A DNA stretch of 57,753 bases from a virus. Its lineage: Duplodnaviria > Caudoviricetes. The DNA lies in the IMG/VR virus record IMGVR_UViG_3300037156_000089, positions 1-57,753 of that record; one strand, 5' to 3'. A program made the translations under genes and the position numbers. The notes under the pieces are model-generated. The model saw nothing but the letters and a program-made list of their open reading frames with translations. It was not told where the DNA came from and did not search any database. This document shows, one piece after another, positions 26,661 to 36,356 of this stretch (the stretch's first letter is position 1; each line of letters begins with the position of its first letter).

Positions 26661-27305
26661 GTGACAGAGCAAAAAAAAGCCCCGACCGACTGGGAATCCA
26701 TAGAGAAGGATTATCGGGCCGGGGTTCTTTCCATCCGCGAAGTGGCGAAGATCCACGGGGTTTCAGATACCGCTATTCGGAAAAAGGCCAAGGCCGAAAG
26801 TTGGCAGCGCGACCTCACCGAGCGAGTAAACGAGCAGGTTCGCGCCGAGTTGGTTCGCAATACGGTTCGCGCGAGCGACCCGCAAACCGAACGGGAGATC
26901 GTAGATGCTGCCGCAGCGACCGTTGTTCAGGTCGTGCGAAGTCACCGAACCCGGATTGGCCATGGAAACGACCTCGTCGATCTGCTCACCAAGCAATTAA
27001 TGGACGTCGCCGGGAAGCGCGAAGACTTCGAGCAGGCGATTGACCTCGAATGCGCGGGGGATAAAAGCCCCGAGCGACGCACCCGGCTTATGAAGGCCGT
27101 GGCCTTGTCGACGCATGCGGGAATGGCGGTAAATCTCGCCAATGCCCTGAAGGTTTTAATCGGCCTTGAGCGCCAGGCCTTTAATCTCGACGCCCCTGCC
27201 GAGACAGCCATCATATTGGATGCAACCGACGCCACGACCGCATCCCGCCGCAAAGCCGCTCTCGCGCTTCTGCTGGCAAAGCAAGACGAAGGACAGCCTT
27301 CATGA
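26661..27305 (+). CDS. terS: Terminase small subunit
   Basis: DWESIEKDYRAGVLSIREVAKIHGVSDTAIRKKAKAESWQRDL; LERQAFNLD; GTG start. Confidence 0.8.
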   Translation: MTEQKKAPTDWESIEKDYRAGVLSIREVAKIHGVSDTAIRKKAKAESWQRDLTERVNEQVRAELVRNTVRASDPQTEREIVDAAAATVVQVVRSHRTRIGHGNDLVDLLTKQLMDVAGKREDFEQAIDLECAGDKSPERRTRLMKAVALSTHAGMAVNLANALKVLIGLERQAFNLDAPAETAIILDATDATTASRRKAALALLLAKQDEGQPS

Positions 27306-27703
27306 GCATTTCAATCGATCGCAAGATCATCGAGCCTGTTATCGACGGCAGGGCGCTCCGGATCACGATTGATGACCACGGGGCTCATGTCGAACTGAGC
27401 TCGGCTAATCTCAATCATACGTTCTGCCAGATTTCGGATTCGGCATGGCTCCTCGAGGATTGTGCGGACTTCCACCGGGTGATTGCGATCATCAACCGTG
27501 ATGGGACGGTTTGCGCTGCGAATGCCCCGCCCGCCGTCGAAGATGAGGATCCTGTCCTCGTCGCCGAGCCCGATGCCATCATTGCGGCCGCGCTCGCCGC
27601 TCCGGAGCCGCAGGCGCTTGTCGCCGAGCCCGCCAGCGCTGTGCTCGAGCCCATCCATGATGTCGCTCTCGTGCCTCTGGCATTCCCTGAAGCTGAAGGC
27701 TGA
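27302..27703 (+). CDS. Hypothetical protein
   Basis: ATGA-coupled between terS and terL. Confidence 0.6.
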   Translation: MSISIDRKIIEPVIDGRALRITIDDHGAHVELSSANLNHTFCQISDSAWLLEDCADFHRVIAIINRDGTVCAANAPPAVEDEDPVLVAEPDAIIAAALAAPEPQALVAEPASAVLEPIHDVALVPLAFPEAEG

Positions 27704-27729
27704 CCCTTCGAAACCTTGCGAATTAACTC

Positions 27730-29331
27730 ATGTCCGCTCTCGATCGTCTTGAGGCTCTTCTATCTGGCCTCGACGCGAAGCAAACTGCTGATCTGGACCG
27801 GTTGCTCGTTGAGGAATTAAAGAAGCCGTGGCTCCCGACGCCGGGGCCTCAGCTAGTCGCGTACCTCTCGGCGGCCGACCTGCTCCTTTTCGGCGGCAGT
27901 GCTGGTGGAGGGAAGAGTGATTTGATCTGCGGGCTCTGCCTAAACGAGCATCAGCGTTCGGTCGTGTTCCGAAGCCAATCGAAGGATCTGGACGGGTTCT
28001 GGGAGCGACTCTGCCAGTTGGCGAAGGGAACGAAGTCTCAGAACTCGGTAATGAAGAAGCTCGTCACCTTCGATGATCGAATGGTCGAGGGCGGGCATCT
28101 CGAAAAGCCGGGTTCGGAAAACTCATGGCAGGGCCGCGCACACGACTTCATCGGGTTTGATGAGGGGGCGCAGCTTACCGCCTACAAAGTCAAATTCGTG
28201 ATGGGCTGGCTCCGCTCCGCAGGCGGGCGCCGGTGCCGGGCCGTGATCGCATCGAACCCGCCAATCGGCGGCGAAGGATCATGGCTCCTCGAATGGTTCG
28301 CACCTTGGCTGAACCCAATGTTCTCGAACCCGGCAAAGCCTGGGGAGCTTCGTTGGGCGATAGCGATCGGCAGCAAGAGTGAGATCAAGACCATCTGGTG
28401 CGATGGACCGGACCTCGTTTACCTGAATTCAGACGGAACGGTCCGCTTGGCCACGGAGGAGGAGATTAATCACTCCCCGCCGCTCGATCAGATCAACAAG
28501 CCGCTCTCGCGCACATTCATTCCATCGCGACTGGACGATAACCCGCATCTGAGGGATACCGATTACCGCGCCCAGCTCATGTCGATGCCGGAGCCTTTGC
28601 GGTCGCAACTGCTCCATGGCGACTTTCTCGCCGGGCGCGAAGACGACGAATGGCAGGTCGTTCCTTCAGACTGGGTTCGCATTGCACAAGCTCGATGGGT
28701 TGACCCCAGCTCGACGCGCATGATCGCGCTGGGTGTCGACGTGGCGCAGGGCGGGGCCGATTCCAGTGTGCTCGCTCCGCTGCATGAGAAGAACGTGTTT
28801 GGCAAGATCGAGACGCGGCCGGGCCGGGATACGCCGGATGGGCCGTCTATCGCCAATCTAATTCTGAAATACCGCAGGGACGGCGCGGCGATCGCGATTG
28901 ATACGACCGGCGGCTGGGGCGGCTCCGCGAGGGACCATCTGAAAACCCATCATCAGATCACGGTCGTGCCGATTGTTTATTCGGCCGGGGCCGATGGAAT
29001 GGACCCATCAACACGGCTTGGTTACGCGAACGTGCGGGCGAAAATGTACTGGGAACTCCGGCTCGCGCTCGATCCGTCGAAGAACGAGAACGTCGCGCTG
29101 CCGCCAGGTGATCGCATCCTCGCGCAATTAACCGCCTCTCGCTGGAAGCCGCGCAACGGCAAAATCGTGATTGAGAGCAAGGAAGACATCCGGGCTCGTC
29201 TCGGATCATCGCCTGATGAGGCGGACGCAATCGTTGAGGCATGGCACGTCCGGGACCGCGCCTACAAGGCGTCCAAGACGCGCAGCGGGGCGTCTGACGC
29301 CAATCCGTCGAGACTGGGGTGGCTAGGTTAG
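27730..29331 (+). CDS. terL: Terminase large subunit
   Basis: GGSAGGGKS Walker A; FIGFDE Walker B; ASNPP; LGVDVAQGGAD; SPDEADA. Confidence 0.95.
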   Translation: MSALDRLEALLSGLDAKQTADLDRLLVEELKKPWLPTPGPQLVAYLSAADLLLFGGSAGGGKSDLICGLCLNEHQRSVVFRSQSKDLDGFWERLCQLAKGTKSQNSVMKKLVTFDDRMVEGGHLEKPGSENSWQGRAHDFIGFDEGAQLTAYKVKFVMGWLRSAGGRRCRAVIASNPPIGGEGSWLLEWFAPWLNPMFSNPAKPGELRWAIAIGSKSEIKTIWCDGPDLVYLNSDGTVRLATEEEINHSPPLDQINKPLSRTFIPSRLDDNPHLRDTDYRAQLMSMPEPLRSQLLHGDFLAGREDDEWQVVPSDWVRIAQARWVDPSSTRMIALGVDVAQGGADSSVLAPLHEKNVFGKIETRPGRDTPDGPSIANLILKYRRDGAAIAIDTTGGWGGSARDHLKTHHQITVVPIVYSAGADGMDPSTRLGYANVRAKMYWELRLALDPSKNENVALPPGDRILAQLTASRWKPRNGKIVIESKEDIRARLGSSPDEADAIVEAWHVRDRAYKASKTRSGASDANPSRLGWLG

Positions 29332-29502
29332 TTGGTGCGGCCGGAGATGCGTATGAGCCCCAAGACTGCCTACGCCATCCAACAGTTGATTGAGCGCAAA
29401 TTGGCGCAGGGGGCTGCGGAATTCGAGTTCGTCTCCGCCACAAACGCAATTCTGCATGATCTGCCATTCGTTGAAGAACAGAACCAAGTCAGGAATCTTT
29501 CT

Positions 29503-29943
29503 ATGACCCATGACGCATACAGCACGAAACGCGTGACCGTTTGGGATGAGGCCCGGGCCGGAGTTCCCGGCAAGGCGGTCAAGTATCAGGACGGTTACAC
29601 GTCATGGTGCCCGGACACGGTTTTCGAGCGCGATTATCAGGCAGTCTCGGCCATGTCGTTCGGTCACGCAGTCCATGCGCTCAAAGCTGGCCACCGCGTC
29701 TGTCGTCAGGGCTGGAACGGCAAGGGCATGTTCCTTTTGCTTGTGCCCGGATCGACCGGCCTGACGGTTGATGAAGGGCGCCCGCTCGCGAAGGCTGGCC
29801 TGCCTATCGGTACGAAGTTCAATTATCTGCCGCATATCGACATGTGGACGGCGCAAGGCGATTTCGTGCCATGGCTCGCCTCACAGACCGACGTTCTGGC
29901 GGATGACTGGATGATCTGCGCCCCAGACGACAAACAGGCATAG
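29503..29943 (+). CDS. DUF2829 / Tad2-like putative nucleotide-signal sponge
   Basis: MSFGHAVHALKAGHRVCRQGWNGKGMF...VPWLASQTDVLADDW; N-terminal YQDGYTSWCP..F module; longer in-frame start at 29353 possible. Confidence 0.8.
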   Translation: MTHDAYSTKRVTVWDEARAGVPGKAVKYQDGYTSWCPDTVFERDYQAVSAMSFGHAVHALKAGHRVCRQGWNGKGMFLLLVPGSTGLTVDEGRPLAKAGLPIGTKFNYLPHIDMWTAQGDFVPWLASQTDVLADDWMICAPDDKQA

Positions 29944-29946
29944 CGC

Positions 29947-32076
29947 ATGTCTGACACTGTCGGCATCGACGAAGAGACAGCTGGGCTTACTGGCGACGTC
30001 CTCATTGTGACCGAGGCGAAGACGCGCTTTAAGCGATGCGTCGAGTGGGAATATACCCCGCGTGAGCGCGCGGTCGCTGATCTTAAATTCGTTAACGGCG
30101 ATCCGGACAACGGCTGGCAGTGGCCCGACGAACTTCTGAGTTCGCGCGATCTTCAGGCCAAGGTCTCACTCACGCTCAATAAGACCCGCGTGCATTGCCT
30201 CCAGATCGAAAACGAAGCCCGAAAGAACAAGCCTTCCGTCAAGATCCGCCCCACGGGCAACGGCGCGACCTATGAGGCCAGTCAGGTATTCGAGGGCATC
30301 GTCCGCCATATCGAATACATCTCGCGGGCCCAGAACGCCTATATGACAGCAAGCCGGTTCCAGATCCGGACCGGCATCGGATACGTCCGGCTTGTGACCG
30401 ATTACGTGGGCCCGGACACGTTCGACCAAGAGATATTTATTCGGCGTGTGAAAGACCCGACGACGGTCTATCTCGACCCGGACATCAACGAAGAGGACGG
30501 GTCCGACGCTCGTTTCGGCTTCGTCTATGACGACATGCCGAAGGATGAATTCCGGAACAAATATCCGAAGTTCACGGATGTCGCAGCCTCGTCTGCCCTC
30601 GGCGACGGCATTGATTCGGGATGGATCGGTGAAGATCACGTCCGCGTCTGCGAATATTTCCGCAGGACGGAGAAGACGGACACCTTAATTCAGGCGATTG
30701 ACCCCGCGACGGGAGAGATCGTCCGGGGCCGGAAGAGCAAGCTGCCGCCAGACGTCTGGAAGGCGCTTGATAGCAGCCTCGACAAGAAGACCCGTGACAT
30801 CGTTGAGAACAAGGTCGAGTGGTTCACGATCGCGGGATCGAAGATCATTGATCGCCGCGATTGGCTCGGGGAATACATCCCGATCGCGCGCGTGGTCGGC
30901 GAAGAAACGATCGTCGAGAAGAAGCTTGATCGCAAGGGCCATGTCCGGCCGATGAAGGATGCGCAGCGCCAGTACAATTTTTGGGCGTCTGCGACGACTG
31001 AATCCGTTGCGATGCAGCCAATTCAACCTTGGCTGATAGACCCGCAGTCCATCGAAGAGCTTGAGAGCGTTTGGGCGACGGCGAACACCAAAAAGCACGC
31101 CTATCTCCCTTGGAAAAAATGGGATGATGAAGGCCGCGAGCTTCCTGCGCCCGTGCGCGTCGCCCCACCGATGATCCCCGAAGCCCTCATCAAGGGAATG
31201 CAGATCGCCGAAACCCAACTGATGATGGTTTCGGGTCAGTATCAGGCCCAAATGGGCGAGAACGAGAACGCCAAGTCAGGCCGCGCCATCCAGGAGCGTC
31301 AGGCGCAGGGCGACAATGCGACCTATCATTTCAACGACGGCATGGCGACGATGATCCGGTTCGTCGGCAAGATGCTGATTGATCTAATTCCGAAGGTTTA
31401 CGATACCAAGCGCGTGGTCAAGATCCTCGCTGAGGATAATTCGGAAGAGGAGGTTGAGGTCGATCCGCAGGCGAAGCAGGCGTATTTCAAAAAGCAGGGC
31501 CAAGATACCCGCAACGTGCAGGCGATTTTCAACCCGAACGTCGGCACCTACGAGGTCGAGGCGGATATCGGCCCGGATTACGCGACGCGCCGCCAGGAGG
31601 CCTACAACGCCCTGACGCAACTGATGGCGTCAAACAAGGATCTCCTGCTTTGGGCGGGCGACCTCCTGATGAAGGTTTGCGACTTCCCGATGGCTGATGA
31701 GCTGGCCGAGCGTCTTCGTCGCATGGTGCCCCCGCAGGCCCTCGGCGAAGCACCGCCGGCCCAGATCCAAGAGCAGATGCAGCACCTCTCGCAGCAGAAT
31801 CAATCGTTGCAGAACTTGGTCACGGAACTGACCAAGAAGATCGCCGAGGACGCGATCAAGATCAAATCGCACGCGGAGCAAAAGGATATCGACGTGATGG
31901 ACGCCGAGTCGCGTCGGATCACGGCGGTTTCGAATGCCATTCCGGAAGTGGGCAAGGACGACGCCCGCCTGATCGCGGTCATCCAGAAGACGCTGCACGA
32001 GATGCAGGGCAGCGACCCGGGCGCTGATGTTGTCGCCGCGAATGCACCGGAGCTGACGGAGGGAGCAGACGCATGA
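29947..32076 (+). CDS. Portal protein, P22-like
   Basis: 709 aa after terL; DLKFVNGD..WQW; YLDP..DGSDA; KDAQRQYNFW; SGRAIQERQ; GPDYATRRQE; coiled-coil tail. Confidence 0.92.
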   Translation: MSDTVGIDEETAGLTGDVLIVTEAKTRFKRCVEWEYTPRERAVADLKFVNGDPDNGWQWPDELLSSRDLQAKVSLTLNKTRVHCLQIENEARKNKPSVKIRPTGNGATYEASQVFEGIVRHIEYISRAQNAYMTASRFQIRTGIGYVRLVTDYVGPDTFDQEIFIRRVKDPTTVYLDPDINEEDGSDARFGFVYDDMPKDEFRNKYPKFTDVAASSALGDGIDSGWIGEDHVRVCEYFRRTEKTDTLIQAIDPATGEIVRGRKSKLPPDVWKALDSSLDKKTRDIVENKVEWFTIAGSKIIDRRDWLGEYIPIARVVGEETIVEKKLDRKGHVRPMKDAQRQYNFWASATTESVAMQPIQPWLIDPQSIEELESVWATANTKKHAYLPWKKWDDEGRELPAPVRVAPPMIPEALIKGMQIAETQLMMVSGQYQAQMGENENAKSGRAIQERQAQGDNATYHFNDGMATMIRFVGKMLIDLIPKVYDTKRVVKILAEDNSEEEVEVDPQAKQAYFKKQGQDTRNVQAIFNPNVGTYEVEADIGPDYATRRQEAYNALTQLMASNKDLLLWAGDLLMKVCDFPMADELAERLRRMVPPQALGEAPPAQIQEQMQHLSQQNQSLQNLVTELTKKIAEDAIKIKSHAEQKDIDVMDAESRRITAVSNAIPEVGKDDARLIAVIQKTLHEMQGSDPGADVVAANAPELTEGADA

Positions 32077-32438
32077 GCAGGAAATCCTACGGGCGCAAGC
32101 ATCGCGAATATGATTTTTCGAACATCGCTCAGAATCATGTGATGCCCGAAGACGTGCCCGTCCTAATCCGCACGAGCGCCGAGCAGATCGCGGGCGCATT
32201 CTACGAGGACGATCGATCGCCGCGCTTTCGCGGTCGGTGGATCAACCAAGACGTCTACGTGAAGCTGAACTGGGCTTCGTTCGTGCCGGTCGCGCGGAAA
32301 GTTCTGTCGCACATGCTCGAGCTTTCGAGCACGTCGCTCGCCCAGAAGGAAGAGATTTACGAGGCTTTCGTTCAGCAGGGCCAGACCCGGACAATGCTGG
32401 ACTTTTCGGAAGCTCTCGCCCCGGGCAATGTCCACTAG
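32073..32438 (+). CDS. Hypothetical protein
   Basis: ATGA-coupled to portal. Confidence 0.65.
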   Translation: MSRKSYGRKHREYDFSNIAQNHVMPEDVPVLIRTSAEQIAGAFYEDDRSPRFRGRWINQDVYVKLNWASFVPVARKVLSHMLELSSTSLAQKEEIYEAFVQQGQTRTMLDFSEALAPGNVH

Positions 32439-32446
32439 GAGTTCAC

Positions 32447-33397
32447 ATGCCGAATGATGACAATCGCAGCCTCGCCGCTTGGGCCGCGTCCGATATCGCA
32501 GATGAGCCCGTAGCGGCTGCTCCTGCGCCCGTGGCGCCTGTTGCTGCGGCTCCGGAGCCAGTGATTGAGCCCGTCGCTGAGCCTGTCGCTGAGGTTCCTG
32601 AGCCCGTCGCCAGCACCCCCGCAATCGTCACGGATGACGACGAGCCGGAGGCTAAACCCGAGCCCGAGCACAAGCCAGAAGGTTCGCAGAAAAAACCCAA
32701 GGCCATGGAGCCTTGGATGAAGGATCGCCTCGCGGAGCAGACCGCGAAGCAGCGGGAAGCCGAGCGGCAGGCGACGGAAGCCATTGCTCGACAGAGGGTG
32801 CTCGAGGCGGAATTAGAGACGCTGCGTCGTCGCCCGCCCGCTCCGGATGCCGCTGAGGCGGCGATGGGCGACGCCCCGGCAGCGGCAAGCGGCGCGGTCC
32901 CGGCAGGCTACGTTCCGGCGGAGCGAGTGCAGGAGGAAGCATCCCGGATCGCTGCACAACAGTCGTTTGATGCGCAGGCAAACGCTGCTTATCACACTGG
33001 CAAGGAATCTTATTCGGATTTTGACGAGGCCTTGCAGCCGCTTCAGGCGATGGGCGCGATCCAGCGCCGCGACTTCCAGGAAGCGGCTCTCGCGACCGAC
33101 GCCGCATCCGACGTTCTCTATCATCTCGGGAGCAACCCGAATGAAGCGAGCAAAATTCTCGGCTTCCTGAAAGCCGGGCAGAGCGCTAAAGCCGTCTCGG
33201 AGATGACCAAGATTGCGATGTCGCTCAACGCCGAGAAAGCAGCGAGCAAAGCCGTTAGGGCGAAGCCGTCTGCTGCTCCCGCGCCTATCCGCCCCGTTGG
33301 CGGCTCGGCTCTTCCGTCCGTCGATCTTGAGAAGGCGTCGGATGAAGAATTTACCCAAGGCTTTGACAAGATGGCCAAGGCGAACGGCTGGTATTGA
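32447..33397 (+). CDS. Scaffolding protein
   Basis: AGGAG RBS; acidic Pro/Ala N-terminus, coiled coil, LYHLGSNPNEA, SAAPAPIRPV; between portal and coat. Confidence 0.8.
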   Translation: MPNDDNRSLAAWAASDIADEPVAAAPAPVAPVAAAPEPVIEPVAEPVAEVPEPVASTPAIVTDDDEPEAKPEPEHKPEGSQKKPKAMEPWMKDRLAEQTAKQREAERQATEAIARQRVLEAELETLRRRPPAPDAAEAAMGDAPAAASGAVPAGYVPAERVQEEASRIAAQQSFDAQANAAYHTGKESYSDFDEALQPLQAMGAIQRRDFQEAALATDAASDVLYHLGSNPNEASKILGFLKAGQSAKAVSEMTKIAMSLNAEKAASKAVRAKPSAAPAPIRPVGGSALPSVDLEKASDEEFTQGFDKMAKANGWY

Positions 33398-33622
33398 TCT
33401 GCGTGCTCGTTAAATTCTCAGCGTCGAGCAACTGAGGACCGCGCATATCGGCTGCGTCCAACGCCGAGCAAGCTCGTAAATGCAGTGCACCGAGCAAACT
33501 GCAAACCGCGCATCTGGCGCGTAATCCAGAGCACGTCCGCAAACGTCTGATCTCGGGCCCCAGACACAAATTGCGACTTTGAAAGGGTCGCTCCAAATCC
33601 CCCGAGATCAGGATGCCTCAAA

Positions 33623-34933
33623 ATGGCTAATTCACTTATCACCATCAACATGGTCACCCGTATGGCCGTGCGCATCTTCAAGAACACGAACCGTTTCCTG
33701 AAGAGCATCAACACGCAGTACGATCCCGCCTTCGGCATCGACGGCGCCAAGATCGGCGACACCCTGCGCATCCGCCTGCCGAACGATTACACCGTTCGCT
33801 CCGGCGCCGCGGCCTCCGTCCAGAGCACGACGGAACAGTATACCACGCTCCCCTTGCAGACGCAGCTTGGCGTGGACACCGGCTTCTCGACCGCCGAGCG
33901 CACCCTGAAATTGGATGATTACGCCGAACGCGTGATGCTCCCCAAGATGAACAAGCTCGCCGGCGCGATCGCGGCCGATCTCATGTCCATCGGCGAGTCG
34001 GGTTACACGACCATTTACGGTGGCGCGGCTCCTGTCGGTGGCGGCGGCGGCATCTGCAACATGGTCGGCAACTTCGCCAACGGCCCTGGTTCCGCGATGC
34101 TGAGCCCGACGCAGTTCACCTGGCTCGCGGCCGGCGCGCTCCTCGATGACAACTCCGCTCCGGAGCTTCGTCGCAAGGCGATCAACGACCCGACCGCCGA
34201 CGCTCGCGTTGCTGGTCTCCTCACCGGCCTCATGAACCCGGCCACGGAAATCTCCGGGCAGTATCGCTCCGGCTCCATGAAGAACGCCTTGGGCTTCGAT
34301 TGGGCCAAGGATCAGACCGTTCTCAAGCACACCGTCGGCTCCTTCACCGCAGGAACTGTCAACAGCGCAGGACAGGGCGGCAACCCCGGCAGCACGAACC
34401 TCGTCGTGAACGCGATCACCGGCACGCTGAACGCTGGCGATATCATCACGATCGCGGGCGTGAATGCCGTCAATCGCGTGACCAACCTCTCGACGGGCAC
34501 TCTGCGCCAGTTCGTCGTGACTGCGAACGTCGCGACCGGGGCGACCATGATCCCGATCTATCCCGGCATCGTCGGCCCGACGCTGGTCAACGGCGTCAAC
34601 GTGCCCTCGCAGTACCAGACTGTTACGCCGTCCGCTGTGAACACCGTCACGCCTGCGAATGGCGCGGCAATCAACCTCGTGACGCTGCCGGGCATCACCT
34701 ACCGCAAGAACATCGCCTTCGCGCCTGAGTTCATGACGATGGCGACCGCCGATCTCGTTCTCCCGCCGAACCTTCAGGAAGGCTCGCGCGCGAACTATGA
34801 CGGCGTGGCGATGCGCGCCCTGACGCAGTACCAGGCTGGAACTGACGTGTTAATTTCTCGTCTCGACGTGATCTACGGCGCAGTCGTCCCGCGCGGCGAA
34901 TGGGGTTGTATTGTGCCCGACATTATCGGTTAA
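33623..34933 (+). CDS. Major capsid protein, P22 coat (gp5) family
   Basis: MANSLITINMVTR; AKIGDTLRIRLP; LNAGDIITIAGVNAVN; RLDVIYG; strong codon bias. Confidence 0.95.
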   Translation: MANSLITINMVTRMAVRIFKNTNRFLKSINTQYDPAFGIDGAKIGDTLRIRLPNDYTVRSGAAASVQSTTEQYTTLPLQTQLGVDTGFSTAERTLKLDDYAERVMLPKMNKLAGAIAADLMSIGESGYTTIYGGAAPVGGGGGICNMVGNFANGPGSAMLSPTQFTWLAAGALLDDNSAPELRRKAINDPTADARVAGLLTGLMNPATEISGQYRSGSMKNALGFDWAKDQTVLKHTVGSFTAGTVNSAGQGGNPGSTNLVVNAITGTLNAGDIITIAGVNAVNRVTNLSTGTLRQFVVTANVATGATMIPIYPGIVGPTLVNGVNVPSQYQTVTPSAVNTVTPANGAAINLVTLPGITYRKNIAFAPEFMTMATADLVLPPNLQEGSRANYDGVAMRALTQYQAGTDVLISRLDVIYGAVVPRGEWGCIVPDIIG

Positions 34934-34999
34934 GATCATTGAAACAGTGGTGCCCAATCATTATATTTCTTGTGCTTAATAAGCATGGGGATTGTAGCG

Positions 35000-35674
35000 A
35001 TGGGCACCATTGTTGATCTTACCGGGAAGCGCTTTGATCGTTGGTTGGTGCAAGATATTTGTAGCGATAGCGGCAAGGTGAAATTCTGGAACTGCATATG
35101 TGATTGTGGCGTAAAAAGGCGGGTCTTTGGCGGTGATCTCAAGCGCGGAATGTCAAAAAGCTGCGGTTGTTTAGCCAAGGAAGTTGTCGGCCAGCATTGC
35201 ATAACTCACGGCATGTCTTTTCATCCAGCGTATCGAAACTGGATTCATGCAAAGACAAGATGCGAAAACCCCGCTGAAGATGCTTTCAAAGATTACGGCG
35301 GTCGTGGAATTTCGGTCTGTGATCGGTGGTCATCATTTGAAAACTTTTGGCAGGACATGGGGCCTACGTGGGTCAAAGGACTGACAATTGACCGCATCGA
35401 CGTCAACGGTTCTTACGAGCCGGGAAATTGTCGATGGGCGACCGCAAAACAGCAGGCTAATAATCGGCGCAATAATAGAATCATCAACACGCCTCGTGGG
35501 CCGATGAATATCACCCAAGCAGCTCTTGCTTTTGGCATTAAGCGAGTGACCCTTGCATCTAGGGTAAACAGCGGATGGCCGGAATCTGAACTCTTATCTC
35601 ATGTCAATTTCACGATGAGATGGCATGGGCGAACCACTTCTGAGGAAACCCCATGCGCTTCGACCAACAGCTAG
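35000..35674 (+). CDS. Free-standing HNH-like homing endonuclease
   Basis: DLTGKRF..WNCICDCG..SKSCGC..DYGGRGISVCDRW..TIDRIDVNGSYEPGNCRWAT; low GC. Confidence 0.85.
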   Translation: MGTIVDLTGKRFDRWLVQDICSDSGKVKFWNCICDCGVKRRVFGGDLKRGMSKSCGCLAKEVVGQHCITHGMSFHPAYRNWIHAKTRCENPAEDAFKDYGGRGISVCDRWSSFENFWQDMGPTWVKGLTIDRIDVNGSYEPGNCRWATAKQQANNRRNNRIINTPRGPMNITQAALAFGIKRVTLASRVNSGWPESELLSHVNFTMRWHGRTTSEETPCASTNS

Positions 35675-35937
35675 CCGCGCGAATGCAGGCCGCCAAGCCC
35701 CGTGAATTCCTTGAATATCCGAAATGGATCAAGGTCGATGGGGCCGACGTGCTTGTGCAAAGCGCGGAAGAAGAGGCCGAGGCGCTTGGGGCTCCTTCCG
35801 AGAATGAGGGGCCGTCGTCTGAAGAAGACGCGGCGGCTTCCGTCGAAAATCTTCTCAGTGCGCCCGATAAGCGCAAGCCGGGTCGGCCTGTCGGATGGCG
35901 CAAGCCCGTCCTGGTCCCCAATGAATCGAAGGATTGA
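35653..35937 (+). CDS. Small head-region protein (EYPKW family)
   Basis: GAGG RBS; EYPKW..V..AEEE; KRKPGRP. Confidence 0.7.
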   Translation: MRFDQQLAARMQAAKPREFLEYPKWIKVDGADVLVQSAEEEAEALGAPSENEGPSSEEDAAASVENLLSAPDKRKPGRPVGWRKPVLVPNESKD

Positions 35938-36353
35938 TGATCATGTTCCAGCCTTTCCCCCTGGGTATGGCGCTGCAGGATGGCGGCGCGCTTAATGCCG
36001 CTTTCGCAGCTGGCTTTGCCGGCGCGGCAGATGGTATCGTCGCCTTTGCCGGCGGTGGCCAGACAGGCGCCATCCCGCTCACGGCCGCCATGAGCAACAT
36101 CAAGACTGTGGCGACGACGGCCGATAGCGTGAAGCTACCGCCATCTCTCCCGGGTGCATGGATCTCGATCACAAATAGTGGATCCAACAGCCTGCAGGTG
36201 TTCTCCGCGCTCACCTCCTCGATCCCCAGCAATGTTCTCGACACGATCAACGGCACGGCTGGCGCGACGGGCGTCGCCGTTGCTGCGGGTAAGACTGCCG
36301 AGTTCCGCTGCTTCTCGGCGGGTGCCTGGGTCGGCCCGGTTGCGTTAGCCTAA
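35937..36353 (+). CDS. Putative capsid decoration / virion protein
   Basis: AFAGGGQTGAIPL..TVATTADSVKLP..DTING. Confidence 0.65.
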   Translation: MIMFQPFPLGMALQDGGALNAAFAAGFAGAADGIVAFAGGGQTGAIPLTAAMSNIKTVATTADSVKLPPSLPGAWISITNSGSNSLQVFSALTSSIPSNVLDTINGTAGATGVAVAAGKTAEFRCFSAGAWVGPVALA

Positions 36354-36356
36354 ACC

